Positions 63,494-64,000 of a DNA stretch of 64,000 nucleotides are shown here, piece by piece (the first letter of the stretch is position 1; each line of letters starts with the position of its first letter). The translations under genes and the position numbers were made by a program. The notes under the pieces were generated by a model. The model did not search any database. It was not told where the DNA came from and was given only the letters and a program-made list of their open reading frames with translations. This DNA comes from Clostridia bacterium (GTDB lineage: Bacteria; Bacillota; Clostridia; Christensenellales; CAG-138): positions 5,056-69,055 of the forward strand of contig JAFWJN010000040.1 in assembly GCA_017514685.1 (NCBI GenBank). Reading direction: 5' to 3'.

Positions 63494-64000
63494 CTAAATA
63501 ATACGGAGCAGGATCACGTTTGCCATCGCATAAAGCAACAGCAACGATGCTACGTCTATCATTGTTGTAATAAAGGGTGCTGCCATAACTGCCGGGTCAA
63601 ACCCGATTTTTTTGGCTACCATCGGCAGCATGCTTCCTGAAAACTTCGCTACCAGAATCGTCAGCAGGATTGTGATCGAAATTGTCAGTGAAGCGATCAG
63701 ATAGATATGCAGTTCTTCTCCCTCGTAATGATATAGAACCGCATTGACAACCAGCATTTTGATAAAATTCAGCAAACCAAGAGCCGTCCCGCTCATGGCC
63801 GCAACCGACAGTTCTTTTCCTATTACCTGGAAAAAGTCGGAAAACTCGATTTCTCCCAGCGAGATGCCACGGATAACCGTTGCCGAAGACTGTCCTCCTG
63901 CGTTTCCTCCCGTATCCATCAGCATCGGGATGCAGGCAATCAACATTGCTCCCGCAAGCGCTCCGAAAACATTCATTTTATCGGTAAACATGTTGATGAT
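63494..64000 (-). CDS. mgtE: Magnesium transporter MgtE, C-terminal TM domain only (5' part lies beyond the window)
   Basis: MLMDTGGNAGGQSSATVIRG and C-terminal MAAPFITTMIDV motifs. The reading frame is open to the window edge. Confidence 0.85.
   Translation of the reverse strand: MINMFTDKMNVFGALAGAMLIACIPMLMDTGGNAGGQSSATVIRGISLGEIEFSDFFQVIGKELSVAAMSGTALGLLNFIKMLVVNAVLYHYEGEELHIYLIASLTISITILLTILVAKFSGSMLPMVAKKIGFDPAVMAAPFITTMIDVASLLLLYAMANVILLRII

Overview
This 64-kb window looks like the chromosomal core of a Gram-positive anaerobe, probably Clostridia. Supporting signs are AGGAGG-type Shine-Dalgarno sites, TTGACA/TATAAT promoters, a T-box leader, CsoR-CopA, DUF3842 and many zinc-ribbon membrane proteins. 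I can support about 58 protein genes, one tRNA-Glu(CUC), and many intrinsic terminators and promoters. I saw no rRNA, CRISPR array, transposase, integrase or phage gene. Housekeeping content: prfB, serC-serA, gdhA, upp, a complete seven-step shikimate operon plus tyrA (aroB-aroC-aroE/K-aroQ-aroA-tyrA-DAHP synthase), a stand-alone trpB2, an M18 aminopeptidase, proS, tldD/pmbA, a UvrD-like helicase, rarA, lon, lgt, csoR-copA and a partial mgtE. Several GNATs, hydrolases and regulators are also present. Five points deserve a second look. (1) A radical SAM/SPASM enzyme is translationally coupled to a DUF2207-like membrane protein whose cytoplasmic tail is a (Cys-Ala)n repeat, and it is divergent from an iron-sulfur-flavoprotein-like gene. 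(2) A 25-codon Phe/Tyr-rich leader ORF with alternative antiterminator/terminator hairpins sits in front of the aro operon. (3) A Trp (UGG) T-box gates trpB2 at the distal end of that operon. (4) CopA carries two extra C-terminal HMA domains. (5) A terminator-like leader lies in front of lon. All family calls come from motifs read by eye, and no database search was run.
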